In this document: piece by piece, positions 1-11,805 of the stretch
Position numbering within the stretch: position 1 is the first letter of the stretch
Layout: each line of letters starts with the position of its first letter
NCBI GenBank assembly: GCA_038087875.1
Contig: JAXLNO010000438.1
Location: forward strand, 310,001 to 374,000
Length of the DNA: 64,000 nucleotides
DNA from: Malacoraja senta
Lineage: Eukaryota
Direction: 5' to 3'
The notes under the pieces: generated by a model
The model's database searches: none
What the model saw: the letters and a program-made list of their open reading frames with translations, nothing else
What the model was told of the DNA's origin: nothing
Program-made: the position numbers and the translations under genes

Positions 1-284
1 TGAGATAAACAAACATAATAGTTGAGTGGCAAATGACAATAGTGCTACCTTCCCAATATTTGAAAGAAATAATGGGTTATCGGGGTTGTATGTTGTGACA
101 GACAGCCTGACACCTTGCATGTCATTTTAATATTACACTTATCCCATCCCCCTGGATATTCCGGATTAATAAATTAAGGTTTTGTCAACTAATTACAAAT
201 CAGGCTAATTACAAATCAATAACATTAGCCAACTCCGAAACATGAAGCGCTGAGCATTGGGATCCAGACATCACGGATAACTGG

Positions 285-526
285 GAGGCGCGGAGCGTTT
301 TTGAAAGTTGGGGGGGGGGGGGGTGCTGTGCGATCACTGATCGCTGATCACTGGCCTTGGGGGTACCCAGTGAGGGAGTGGAGTAACCGAGTGGGGAGAG
401 GGTGTGGAAGGGAGGTGTCCCCCCTCCCAGGGTAAGGACTTTTTTAAATTTGATGTATTAAAATCATGTTTTAGTGCATTGTAGAAGTATGATTTTAATG
501 TTTTTGTATTTTTAAGAGGTAACTTT
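285..526 (+). mobile_element. Probable non-autonomous DNA transposon end fragment
   Basis: ggcgcggagcgtttttgaaagt-poly(G)...ggagagggtgtgg..gtcccccctccc..ttttttaaattt motif order typical of hAT-type MITE ends; no partner end seen. Confidence 0.35.
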
Positions 527-752
527 TTAAGGGGTAACTTTTTCCACATAAAGGGTGGTGGGTGTATGGAACAAGCTGCCAGAGGAGGTATTTGAGGCAG
601 GGACCATCCTAACATTTAAGAAACAGTTAGACTGATACATGGATAGGACAGGTTTGGAGGTATGGACCAAAAGCAGGTAGTGTAGCTGGGACATGTTGGC
701 GGGTGTGGGCAAGTTGCACCGAAGGGCCTGTTTTCACACTGTATCACTCTAT
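527..752 (+). mobile_element. CR1 LINE 3' fragment
   Basis: QRVV..WN.LP-like coding tail plus gaagggcctgttt..ctgtat 3' end. Confidence 0.75.
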
Positions 753-829
753 GATTACATTATACCTCCATCATGCATGAATGCTTCAAAATCAAGTGGT
801 TAAGTTTTATTGCCATAAACTCAAGCATT

Positions 830-1165
830 GAAACATAGAAAATAGGTGCACGAATAGGCCATTCAGCCCTTCGAGCCAGCACTGCCTTCAATATGATCAT
901 GGCTGTTCATCTAAAATCAGTACCTCTTTCCTGGTTTTTTCACCATATCCCTTGATTTCGTTAGCCCCAAGATCTAAATGAAACTCTCTCTTGAAAATAT
1001 CCAGTGAATTGGCCTGCACTGCCTTCTGTGGCAGAGAATTCCACAGATTCACAACTCCCTGCATGAAGAACGTTTGTCCTCATCTCAGTCCTAACTGGCC
1101 TACCCTTTATTCTTAAACTGTGACCCCTGGTTCTGAACTCCCCCAAAATTGGGAAAAATTTTCAA
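830..1165 (-). mobile_element. CR1 LINE 3' fragment (shared with repeat copy 3)
   Basis: RTRGHSLRIKGRP..TEMR; colinear with the 3' end of the CR1 at 53870-54200. Confidence 0.85.
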
Positions 1166-1273
1166 GAAGTTACAGTAAGTGAAAATCTAGCAGGCAAGCA
1201 GGATGCTTTCTCCAATCACTCCCATTTGAAGTCCACTGTCTTCCACCGTTTCTACCCAGTGCTTGGTACTTAC

Positions 1274-1530
1274 TTCCAGCAGCCACTGGTTGTCCTCCAG
1301 GATGCACCGAGCCGCAGCCTGATCCACACCGGTCACCTGGGAAAACTTGCCACACAGACTCTCACGGCAGCGGCGCATCGCTTCCGACATCTCCGACGGC
1401 TCGGGACTCTTGCACTGAGACTGTTCCGTGGCCGGAGCTGCAGTGAGCGACTCGCCAGCCCGGCAAACACTCGCCAGTCCCGCTCCCCATCCGCAACTGT
1501 CCCCGCCGCTGCTTCTGCTTCCAACACCCG
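1274..1530 (-). pseudogene. TDP2: TDP2 exon-1-like fragment (UBA-like N-terminus), copy 1
   Basis: RESLCGKFSQVTGVDQAAARCILEDNQWLLE followed by donor GTAAGT (1273-1268). Recalled human TDP2 exon 1 ends RRLLCVEFASVASCDAAVAQCFLAENDWEME|. No later TDP2 exons found in the window. Confidence 0.75.
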
Positions 1531-1673
1531 TGGCCCATGCAGTTGATATGAGTTTTGACATTTTCGTTGATCACAGAATTTCTCACGACAGAGCGTGAGA
1601 AATTTGTGATCAGCGTGAGAATTTGGCGAAATGCGTGATTCTCACGCTCAATGCATGAGAGTTGGCAGCCCTG
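1531..1673 (-). mobile_element. hAT-like DNA transposon terminus, copy 1, abutting the TDP2-like exon
   Basis: Terminus CAGGGCTGCCAACT on the - strand, with several GCGTGAG/CTCACGC subterminal motifs in both orientations. Homology with the other copies stops exactly here. Confidence 0.65.
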
Positions 1674-2270
1674 CCTCTCTATCCCCCTCTCTCTGTCCTC
1701 CTCTCTCTCTCCCTCCCATCTCACTCTCCCGCTCTCTCTCTCACCCCCCTCTCCCCACTCTCTCTCACCCTCTGTCCCTCCTTCTCTCTCCTCTTACCCT
1801 CTCTCTCTCCTCTCTATCTCCCTCCCTCCCCCTTCTCTCTCACCCCCTCCCCTCTCTTTTCCCTACCTCTCTCCCCCTCTTTTTCCTAACTCTCTCTCCC
1901 CCTCTCTTTCTTCTCTCTCTCCACCTCTCTCTCCTCTCTTCCCCCTCACCCTCTCTATCTCCCCCTCTCTCTCTCCACACACTCTCTCCCCTCTCTCTCT
2001 TCTCCTCTCTCTCCACCCCCATTTCTCCCTCCCACCTCACTCTCCCCCTTGCTCTCTCTACCCTCTCTCTCCCCATTCTCTCTTATTCTTTGCCCCCCCC
2101 CTCTCTCCCTCCCTCCCTCTCCACCCCCTCTCCCCCCCCCACTCTCTTCCCTCTCTCTCTCCTCTCTCCCTTCCCCCTCACTCTCCCCCCCCCACCTCTC
2201 TCTCCCCATTCTCTCCCGTCTTCCCCCCTCTCTCTCCCCCTGTCTCCATCCCCTCTCTCTCTACCGCTCC
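1674..2270. repeat. CT-rich low-complexity/microsatellite tract
   Basis: About 600 bp of near-pure C/T; the overlapping Pro/Leu/Ser and Gly/Glu/Arg ORFs are artefacts. Confidence 0.95.
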
Positions 2271-2274
2271 CTTT

Positions 2275-2621
2275 GAGACTCTCACGGCAGCGGTGCAACA
2301 CTTGTGACGCCTCCGACGGCCCAGGACTCTTGCACTGAAGCTGCTCCATGGCCAGAGCTGCACCGAGCGACTCGCCAGACCCGCAAACTCTCACCAGCCC
2401 CGCAAACACTCGCCAGCCCCGGCTCCCCGCATCTGTCCCCGCCGCTGCTTCAGCCCCGGCTCTCCAACACCCGCAGCTCATGCAGTTTATATGAGTTTTG
2501 ACATTTCCGTTGATCACAGAATTTCTCGCGACAGATCATGAGAAATTTGTGATCAGCGTGAGCGTGAGAATTTGTCCAAATGCGTGATTCTCACGCTCAA
2601 AGTGTGAGAGTTGACAGCCTG
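2275..2621 (-). mobile_element. hAT-like terminus plus truncated TDP2-like exon, copy 2
   Basis: Colinear with 1356-1673; ends gagagttgacagcctg; truncated at gagactctcacgg. Confidence 0.7.
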
Positions 2622-3031
2622 CATTCTCACTCTCCTAGCCACACAGTAAAGTTAGTACTGAATGGATGGATGTTAAAATGACTCGAGGTGCAGGAGATTT
2701 GCCCTCAAAGGATCAGAGGGCAACTCGGGTGCTGGTGAAAAACAGGAGATCCCGTTGCAGCGACAGCAAGTCTCCTGTCCGGTGGCAGGGAGCTCTATGT
2801 GAGGACATGGGTGCAGTCTATGAAAGCCTATAAATTGGAGAAGAGCAGAGATGAACCAAATGCTCGTCAAGTCTGCCTGCTTCAGATAAATAATTACAAT
2901 CCTAGGTTAATAAGGTATGCTCGATCAAGTATAACAAAGGAGTAAAATGCAGGAACACTAAAAAAGGATAATTCAAACCACAGACATTAATGATTGATTG
3001 ATGTATTTTTTGTTCAGTAAAATGTGAGTAA

Positions 3032-3527
3032 AGGGCCTGTCCCACGGGCATGCGACTCCATGCGGCAAGTGCGACCTAACCGGAAGCGGGGGCGGAGGTC
3101 GTGGGTCCCACTTCGATCGCCGGAGCCGTATGGAGTTGTGCGGAGCTGGTCCCGACATCGCGCTGGGCTCCGAAAAACTGACACTGTTCAAAAATTCCGC
3201 GCGGCAATGGCCTGCCGCCCTGCAGCCGCATCGAGGCCGCGTACGCCGCCTCTACGCTGTACGCAGCCGTCTCGAGGCCGTGCGCACCGCCTCGACACCG
3301 TACACAGCCGCATCGAGGCTGTGCGCACCGCCTCGACGCCGTACGCACCGTCTTGACGTCACTCGACCTCCGCACGGCCAGCGCTTCCGGTTTGGTGGCG
3401 CTCGCCGCATGCAGCCGCATGCTCGTGGGACAGGCCCTGTACAGGGATCACTCGACCTCCGCATGGCCCCTGCTTCCGGTTAGGTCGTGCTTGCCGCATG
3501 GAGTCGCATGCCCGTGGGACAGGCCCT
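3032..3527. mobile_element. PIF/Harbinger-type MITE
   Basis: Long TIR starting AGGGCCTGTCCCACGGGCATGCGACTCCATGCGGCAAG; flanks TAA/TTA; internal ~34-bp tandem repeats; second right end near 3357-3438. Confidence 0.8.
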
Positions 3528-3859
3528 TTAGACTCATCAATTATATAGGTGGTATAATATAGGGCAGTGTAAAGGGGGGGGGGCTGATGGTCAGCATAGA
3601 TTCAGTGGGCAGAAGGGCATGTTGTCGCACTATATTTATTTATTACTCCATGGAGAAGGGTAAGATAATTGAAATGATAAAAAAATATGATTACTGACTC
3701 AGGCATTACAAAGCAATGATAAAAAGAGGATATTGGCACAAGATCGTGGAAAATGATGGGAGAATTATTTATCTTCAGTTGAAAAATTCTATGTTTATTC
3801 CAGAAGGTTGCAAAGCGCCTGGATAGGCAAAACAATGTTATTCTTCTAGTTTACATTAA

Positions 3860-4810
3860 GCCTCACTATGGTGAGTGGGGGACAGTGTGGGGGAGGGGGG
3901 TTGGGGAAATAGGTGTAGGCATGCTCATTGCTGTGGGAGTGGGATTAAGAATCAAGATGACATGCTCGCTAACCCTCAGTGATTATGAGCAAGTGCTTTG
4001 AAAGTGATTGCCCAATCTCCGTTTCATTTCTCCAGTGAAGATATGGTCACATTGTGAACACTGAATGCAGCAGACTAGATTGGAAGTGGTGCAAGGAAAT
4101 CTCTGCTTCAAATGTTGGCAATACGGCAGACTGCATCTTCTGACCTGCTCAGTATTTCCAGCATTTTCTGCTTTTGTTTTCCACCATCTATAGTTTTTTT
4201 TTTTAATTTCAATTACCTCGCGAATCACTGCTTGACCTGGAATCACTGTTTTCATAACTAAATGTGGGAAGGAAAGTTGTAAATCGACAGGTGTTGTATC
4301 TCTAGTTACATGGGAAGGTGCTCTGGGAGAGGGAGTGGTAGGTGTGGTTATAACTGCAAACCACAAGCTGTGAAATGCCGAAGGAGAAAAGAGTGAAAGA
4401 TGCGATAGCTGGTGGGATCATGTTGCACTGCGCTGAATCAGAGTGTAGGCGAGGTCTGAAGAAGGATCTAGATCTGAAATGAAACCCATTCCTTCAAACC
4501 AGAGATGCTGTCTGTCCCATTGAGTTACTCCAGCACTCTAGATAATCTGAGGTAGAGGGCGAGTACCACATTAACTCTTTGTTCTGTCTCAGGGAGGCAG
4601 GGTAAGAATAGATGTGAGGGAAGTAGAGGAAATGTGAACCATCATGTATGGCAAAGGAGAAGCCATGTTTCAGGAAGAAGGACATTTAAAAAAAATGTTG
4701 GAGTTGAAGGCCTCCAATGAGATAACGAAACTGGTAGAAGGGCATACAGTAGCTTCCTACAGAAGGTAGGGTGAGAGCGTATATATTCAAGGTAGCTATG
4801 GGAGACTAAG
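3860..4810 (-). mobile_element. Old degenerate Penelope-like element fragments
   Basis: QRFPCTTSNLVCCIQCSQCDHIFTGEMKRRLGNHF resembles the GIY-YIG region of the copy at 39 kb. Confidence 0.65.
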
Positions 4811-5194
4811 AGCCTGTAAAATATGTTGGTGGTTGGCCTATCTTTTGAGATGGAGGCAAAAGTTCTAGAAAGGAAAGTGTCAAAAATTGACTATTTGAGA
4901 GCTGGGTGGAAATCGGCAGCAAAAGTTTTTTTTTTAGTTCTGTGTGTGCAAAATGTAGCACCAATACTCCAGAGCTACAACAAGCATACATTTGCCACCT
5001 GCCAAACTGGGAAGCAGGTGTGGTGCCTTCACATTTCCACAGCCAGGCGAACCATTAATGCAACTATCCATTGGAAGACAAAATCATGCAAGATCAATAA
5101 AAACCATGTACAAAAGGATCAAGAAACTAGTAGCTCATAGATAGATACACTGCATGATAGGACAGGTAGGAAGCTGCATATTCAATCAGCTCTT

Positions 5195-5335
5195 TGGGGC
5201 GACACAGTGGCGCAGCGGTAGAGCTGCTGCCTTACAGCACCAGAGACCCGAGTTCGATCCTGACCACGGGTGCTGTCTGGATGAAGTTTATAAGTTCTCC
5301 CTGTGACTGTGTGGAATTCCTCTGGGTAGTCCGGT

Positions 5336-5388
<53 letters not shown>

Positions 5389-5530
5389 CAAAGGCTTGGA
5401 GGTTAATTGGCTTCAGTAAAATTGTTCCTAGTGTGTAGGGTAGTAATAGTTTGCAGGATGATAGCTGGTCGGCGCGGACTCGGTGGGCTTAAGTGTTTGT
5501 TTCGGTGCTGTATCTCTAAAGTCTAAAGTC
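5195..5530 (+). mobile_element. HE1-like tRNA-derived V-SINE with expanded poly(C)/(CA) tract
   Basis: A-box tggcgcagcggtag, B-box gttcgatcc, V-domain, CR1-like tail. Confidence 0.85.
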
Positions 5531-6271
5531 TTGGTCAGTACAAGGGCAATGAAGTGAAAACAAATGGACTATATACAATTGACCTCAAATATGGATTCCA
5601 TTTACCATGACAGGCCTTTTTGATGCAGAAGATGTCCTCATGTCAGTTTATCCTTGCAAAGTAATTCTTATTCTCTCTGAAGCAGCTTGGCTTTCTGACA
5701 GTTCAGTTCAGATGCAACCGTCTAATCTAATTGATGAGATACAATTCTGGAAATGACAGATTTACCACAGGTAGCTTTTCAATCCTTAAGATTGTCTTTT
5801 AAATTTGGCAATTCTTCAGAAATGTCCCAATCACACTGAAATCCAATCCAATTGTACTGAAGGGTAAACAAGGACTTTTGTAAATTATGACTGCACAATA
5901 ATAAAGAAAATAGGGTCTGTTTTTTTTTTTTAAAAGCAAGGCTTCAAGGAAATATAATATCCTTGAATCAATACCTAAAATTTGTTACTGAAAGCTGCAG
6001 CTAAACTGCAGCCATTATCTCTATGGCTCCTAGATCTCTACGCCTGAAGTACCAGCATTGAATGCACACATAAACAGCTGGTGATGAGGCCAAGCTGGTG
6101 ACAAAAACACCAAAAGATCTTAGTAATGATGACCGTGAAAAATACCAGATGATCATAGAACACCATCTGGTTCACTACTATATTTCAGGGGAGGAAATCT
6201 GCCGTCCTTACCCAGTCTGGCTGATATGTGACTGGGCCTTCTGTTTGTCGGTGACCTTTAAATATCCTCTG

Positions 6272-6555
6272 AAGTGGTAGAGTTACTGCCTTACAGCACC
6301 AGAGGCCTGGGTTTGTTCCTAACCACAGGTGCTGTCTGTAAGGAGTCTGTATGTTCTTTCTGTGACCGCGTGGGTTTTCTTTGCGTGCTCCCGTTTCCTT
6401 CCACGTTAGAAAGACATGCAGGTTTGTAGGTTAATTGGCTTCTGTAAATTGTCCCTCATGTGTAGGATAGAATGAGAGTATGGGTGATTGCTGGTCGGCG
6501 CAGATTTGGTGTAGCAAATGGCCTGTCCCCACTTCTGTATCTCTAAACTAAACTG
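6272..6555 (+). mobile_element. HE1-like V-SINE
   Basis: Same family; (ctaaa)n tail. Confidence 0.85.
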
Positions 6556-6559
6556 AAAG

Positions 6560-7370
6560 TAGGGGGTCAGTGCTGGGTCCATTATTGTGTGTCATATTGT
6601 ATTAATGATTTGGATGAAAATATAGTACGTTTGCAAATTACTGTACGTGCAAAGTGATGCATTTTTGGAAGTCAATTAGGGCAGGACTCATACAGTGAAT
6701 GGCAGGGCACCAGGGAGTATTGTAGAACAAAAATACCTAGAAGCAAAATTGCATAGTTCCCTGAAAGTAGCGACTCCGGTAGACAAGGTGGTGAAGGAAG
6801 AGTTTGCCACATTTTCCTTCATCATTTGAAGCATTTAGTACAGGTGTTGAGGCATTATGTTACAGCTGTGCATGATGTTTGTGAGACCATGAAGTAATAT
6901 TGTGTGCCGTTCAGGTTACCATAATAGAGGAAGGTTGTGATTAAGCTAGAGAAGATGTGGAAATAATTCACAAGGATATTGCTTGGACTAGAAGGCTTTA
7001 ACTGGGTAGGTTGGAACCGTTTTCACTGGAATGAAGGAGACTGAAGGGTCATCTCAAAGAAGTTTTGTAAAATAATGATGGGCATAGATAAGGTGGATTA
7101 TCACAGTTATATTTTCCAGGGTAAGGGAGAAAGATTTAATGGAACCCGAGAGGCAAGTTTCTCACAAAGTGGGTATATGCAACAAACCTGCAGAGGAAAT
7201 GGTAGAAGCAGGTACAATTAAACATATAAAAAACATTTGGACTGGTACATGGATAGGGAAGTTTTAGAGATATGTGGACCAAATGCAGGCAAATGGGGCT
7301 AGCTTTGGAAGACATATTGGTCTGCAAGGATGTTAGAATGAAGAGCCTGTTTCTGTGGTCTATAACTATT
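6560..7370 (+). mobile_element. Degenerate CR1 LINE RT/3' fragment
   Basis: QGSVLGPLL-like start through the typical CR1 3' end, with many lesions. Confidence 0.75.
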
Positions 7371-7754
7371 ATAACAGCTGGTATCATTGGCAGCTGGTCT
7401 CTTTTATATGAATTGACTGATGAGTGTTAAATAGAGTGATAAATCCTCAGAACATTTGTGTTTGCTTGGTGAAGAATATGTTGATCGTGCACTTAAAAAA
7501 AGCTGAGCACAAAGAGAACATAATAAAATACTTGTTTTGATTTTCAAACTCACTGGCAGTGATTCCAGTTCCTAGAATTTAAACTCCTTATAAAACATGT
7601 CTATTTTAAATCTCTGACATGCTTTATATTATTGTTATTTCTCTTTTTTTCCCCAAGCTTAGTCAAGTCAGACTCATCAAGCATTATCTTGCTGCCAACT
7701 GTAGCAAATCACTGTCACCGCAAAGAAAGTAGCATTCTAGGAAGTTAGTCATGA

Positions 7755-8060
7755 ATTTAGTTTAGTTTAGATTAGAGATACAGCACTGAAACGGGCCCTT
7801 TGGCCCACCGAGTCCACACCAACCAACAAGCCCCGCACACTAACACTATCCAAGGGACAATTTGACATTTATACCAAGCCAATTGACTTACAAACCTGTA
7901 CGTCTTTGGAGTGTGGGAGGAAACCTAAGATCTCGGAGAAAACCAACGCAGGTTACGGAGAAAGCGTACAAACTCCGTAGAGACAGCACCCGCAATCAGG
8001 ATCGAACCCGGGTCTCTGGCACTGCAAGGCAGTAGCTCTACCGCTATGCTACTGTGCCGA
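7755..8060 (-). mobile_element. HE1-like V-SINE
   Basis: Reverse complement of the family; (tttag)n at left. Confidence 0.85.
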
Positions 8061-9276
8061 AAAAATTAAACTCCTTTTTTTTTTTTCCATCCATCAGATT
8101 TACAAACAAAACACCCTTATGGCTGAATTAGATTTAAGCAAAAACTTGCTAAAACTTCTAAAACCTTTGGAACTCCACATCAAATCAACCCATATGTGGA
8201 TGGTGAACATGTTAATATTTGTTTATTCCGACAGAACTCCCTGGTGGAGTTGAAGATTCACGAGGCTTACATCAGCGCTGTGTAAAATTATGTAAAACAG
8301 ATTATCAAGAACAGATTTTAAAATAAGCTGACAGCATGGATTCTGTCTGTCTTGTACACATAACTTCAGTACCAATTGCAGGCAACCAGCCACACCAAAG
8401 TGCTGATTGACAAAATATAGGAGTCAGCAGCAGGAGCAGAAATATCACTTTTATATCATCTTTTATATTTCCAGCCTCAACTGCCTTATTTAATGCACAT
8501 TCCTTTTTAGCTTCCAGGTCGAGTCGTCTTATGTATCTCTACCATTGATTAATTCTCTGAGGATTGATCTGAAGCACAAAAGGCAAAGCAGAGAAAATGT
8601 GTAAGAAGGAACTGCAGATGCTGGTTCACAATGAAGATAGACACAAAATGCGGGTCGGGCAGCATCTCTGGGAAAAAAAGAATAGGTGACGTTTCGGATC
8701 GGAACCCTTCTTCAGGCAGAAAGTAGAGCTGGGGGGAGAGGGGGGTGGATAAACTGAAGGTGAGAAAAGGCCAGAACAAATCAGGGCCGGCAACAGAGGA
8801 CCACAGGAAGGATGGAGCCCATAAGGGCCCATTGTTGGCTGGGGAAGAGGTGATAACAAGAGGGATACAAGGATGCAAACAATGGACCTGGCTGGGTGAC
8901 TAGGCTCAGGGAAGGGGGAGAGGGGAGGAGTAGAGACATAGATAAAGATGAATGCATTACGTGGCCCTGTTCCATTCAATGGGATAATGGAGATGCCCTC
9001 AATTGAGAGATTTAACCAGAACAAAATATTGCAATGTTAGATTGACTTTCCTGGCATTTTTGCTGAGGCAGCCACAAACACGAGGAAGAGTTTTCACATA
9101 TTAGTAAGGGTGTCAAGGGTTATGGGGAGGAGGCAGGAGAATGGGGTTGAGAGGGAGAGATAGATCAGCCATGATTGAATGGCGGAGTAGACGTGAAGGG
9201 CCAAATTGCCTACTTCTGCTTCTATGACTTATGAACTTAGATTATTTTTGCCTTGTGGGAGATTCAACAGCTAAAC

Positions 9277-9417
9277 GGGGTGGGAGATTGCAACCTTCAC
9301 GTGGTCCTTCCTGTTTCGACGAGTGCAATCAACCCGGTGTGCACAATCAAATAAGATCAAATAGAACAAGTTGCCCTACAACTTTAGGCTGTGCACGCCA
9401 TACGCAAGAAGAAGAAG
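9277..9417 (+). mobile_element. Short retroposon (RTE-like 3' end) with (GAA)n tail and 11-bp TSD
   Basis: AACAGCTAAAC duplicated at 9266-9276 and 9418-9428; ends gccatacgcaagaagaagaag. Confidence 0.7.
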
Positions 9418-10729
9418 AACAGCTAAACTATGGGTAGTACAGGATGGGATAAACTGTACTCTTAAAAATTAGGCGCAAAAAGTTAATTGTTTTCTTTCAA
9501 TGCATGAGTTTCAGCATGTCCAGCTGTTTCATAGAAAACAGATGCATTTTTATTACCTTGCTGACGTATTCCAATCACCTACCTATAATTCAGAGTCACC
9601 AACAAACTACAAAAATCTAACTGACTAAATCTAATTACTGAAATCTTGGACTTTGCAACTAGGTTTGTGTCATTATTAATATGCTTTTCTTCTGTATATG
9701 ATGTACAATTACACAATTTACATTTATATATTTATTATTTGATCAAACATTTTAAATTGTTATTCAAAAAATAATTTATTTAAAGGACAATGTTAATATT
9801 TTGTTGCATAATTAATATTTTGCTGCAGATCCCAGAGAACCCAAATTATCAAATCATATGATTTTTCAAGGAATCTGTGAAAATGTAAATGTTTTATTAA
9901 AATGGTAATAATATTTTGCCTTCATGAATGCCTAATATATAATTGATGTATCAGATCATATAGAAATTGATTGTATGCAGTAAAGGGGCATATCTACCAA
10001 CCACTGTATGTTAAAAAAAGAGATTGCTTCAGAAATGTTTCATGAGACAATTTATTAATAATAATAAATAATAATAAACATTGTAAATTTACTTGCTGAG
10101 TTTCATTTTCATGAAAAACTCATTTCCTAGGCCTAAAATTGTGTTAGAAATGCTCATTTTAATAATTGGGTCTCAATTGGATTTCAGCAGGTAAGCTGCT
10201 TTGGAAAATAACAGGTTTGATCTTGGGTTATCTGGTAACGGTGAGGTTGTAGATTGTTTTGCGAATACAGGACAGGGGCAGTGGCCACCATTTTCACTAG
10301 AGTCCACAAAAGTATACTTTGTATAGGAACTATGATTCAATACACTGTGTAGGAAGGAACTGCAGATGCTAGTTTAAACTGAAGATAGACACAAAATGCT
10401 GGAGTAACTCAGCAGGACAGGCAGCATCTCTGGAGAGAAGGAATGGGTGACGTTTCGGTTCGAGATCCTTCTTCAGACTCAATACACTGTTTAGTTTTGC
10501 GATCCTATCTAAGTGACAGGACCCCAATGTGCAGACTGCATATGATGAGGGTCTCAGCTGCCCAAATGAGATAATAAGTGTCCCATTTTATATTTCATGT
10601 GACAATTGGTATTTGATATAAAATTTGGTTAGAAATGCAACAAACAAAATGCCAAGTGAACAGCTTGAATGAATCTTGGCAGAGAAAGTCATAAAATATA
10701 CTTTGTAGCTTTTCAAAAAATGAAAACAG

Positions 10730-11805
10730 GTAGAGTCAAAGAGCTCTACAGCACCAAAACAGGCTGTTCAGCCCAACTCATCCATGCTGACCAAGTTGCT
10801 TGACAGAGCAATTCCCACTTGCTTGCACCAAACTATTCCTATCTATGTACTTTTGTATTGTATTCAATTTATTGTCATTATCTCATTAAGAGACAACGAA
10901 ATGTACCTGTCTAAGGGTCTTTTAAATGTCATCATTGTATTTGCGTCTACCATTTCCTCGGGCATCTCATTCCATGTAAACACAACCCTCGGTATGAAAA
11001 AGTTCAGTTTCAGTTTAGTTTATTGTCACGTGTTCAAAGGTACAGTGAAAAGCTTTTTGTTGCGTGCTAAACAGTCAGCAGAAAAAAAATACATGATTAC
11101 AATCAATCCATTTACAGTGTATAGATACATGATGAAGGAATAACGTTTAGTGCAATGTAAGCCAGCAAAGTCCAGTCAAGGATAGTCCGAGGGACATCAA
11201 AGAGGTAGATAGATGGTAGTTCAGCACTGCTCTCTGGTTGTGGTAGGGTGATTCAGTTGCCTTTCAGGTCTTTTTAAAAATGCTCCCTTCTCACCTTAAA
11301 CCTATGACCTCCAGCATTTGACTCCTGTAACATGGAGAAAAGACTTTGCCTGTTTACCTTTTCCATGCGCCTTATGATTTCACATATATTTGTAAAGGTC
11401 CCCCTCAGACTCCTATGCTCCAGGAGAAAAATACCCAGGCTATCCAGCCACACCTTAAAACCTAGTAAAATCTTCTTAAATCCTTTATATGTCCATTCCA
11501 GTTTAATGACATCCTACCTGTAGCAGGGCAACCAGAACTGTATACAGTATTCCAAATGTGTCCTTATCAATGTCTTGTACAGGTGTATTATGACATCCCA
11601 ACTCCTGTATTCAATACTTGACTGATGAAGGCAAATACTTTCTTCACCACCATGTTTACCTACGTTGCCACCTTCATGGAACTATGTACCTGCACCTCTA
11701 GGTCTCTCAGTTCTACAACACTCACCAGCGCCCAACAATTTACTATGCATGTCCTGCCCTGCTTTATCCTACCCAAATGCAAAACCTCACATTTATCTGA
11801 ATTAT
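10730..11805 (-). mobile_element. Degenerate CR1 fragment interrupted by another LINE 3' end (~11005-11260)
   Basis: CR1 RT C-terminal homology on both sides of a tttagtttattgtcacgtg... insert. Confidence 0.65.

Noticed and set aside
1187..1561. Functional TDP2 gene at this locus
   Set aside because: Only exon-1-like sequence, in three diverged copies with frameshifts or insertions; no catalytic-domain exons found in the window.
1631..2338. Long ORFs (235 aa, 218 aa and antisense) over the CT tract
   Set aside because: Low-complexity DNA lacks stop codons; no protein signal.
3220..3350. Regular ~34-bp repeats resembling a CRISPR array
   Set aside because: No unique spacers; eukaryotic context inside a MITE.
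7655..7745. Polypyrimidine tract plus VANHCHRKESS, vaguely like Tks4 VANYQKQESS
   Set aside because: In-frame stop follows, SH3 motifs are absent, and it is on the opposite strand to the nearby true exon.
9557..9582. 26-nt AG..GT-bounded segment on the - strand, the recalled size of Tks4 exon 6
   Set aside because: The required frame begins with a TAG stop and bears no resemblance to EHIGKKKSG.
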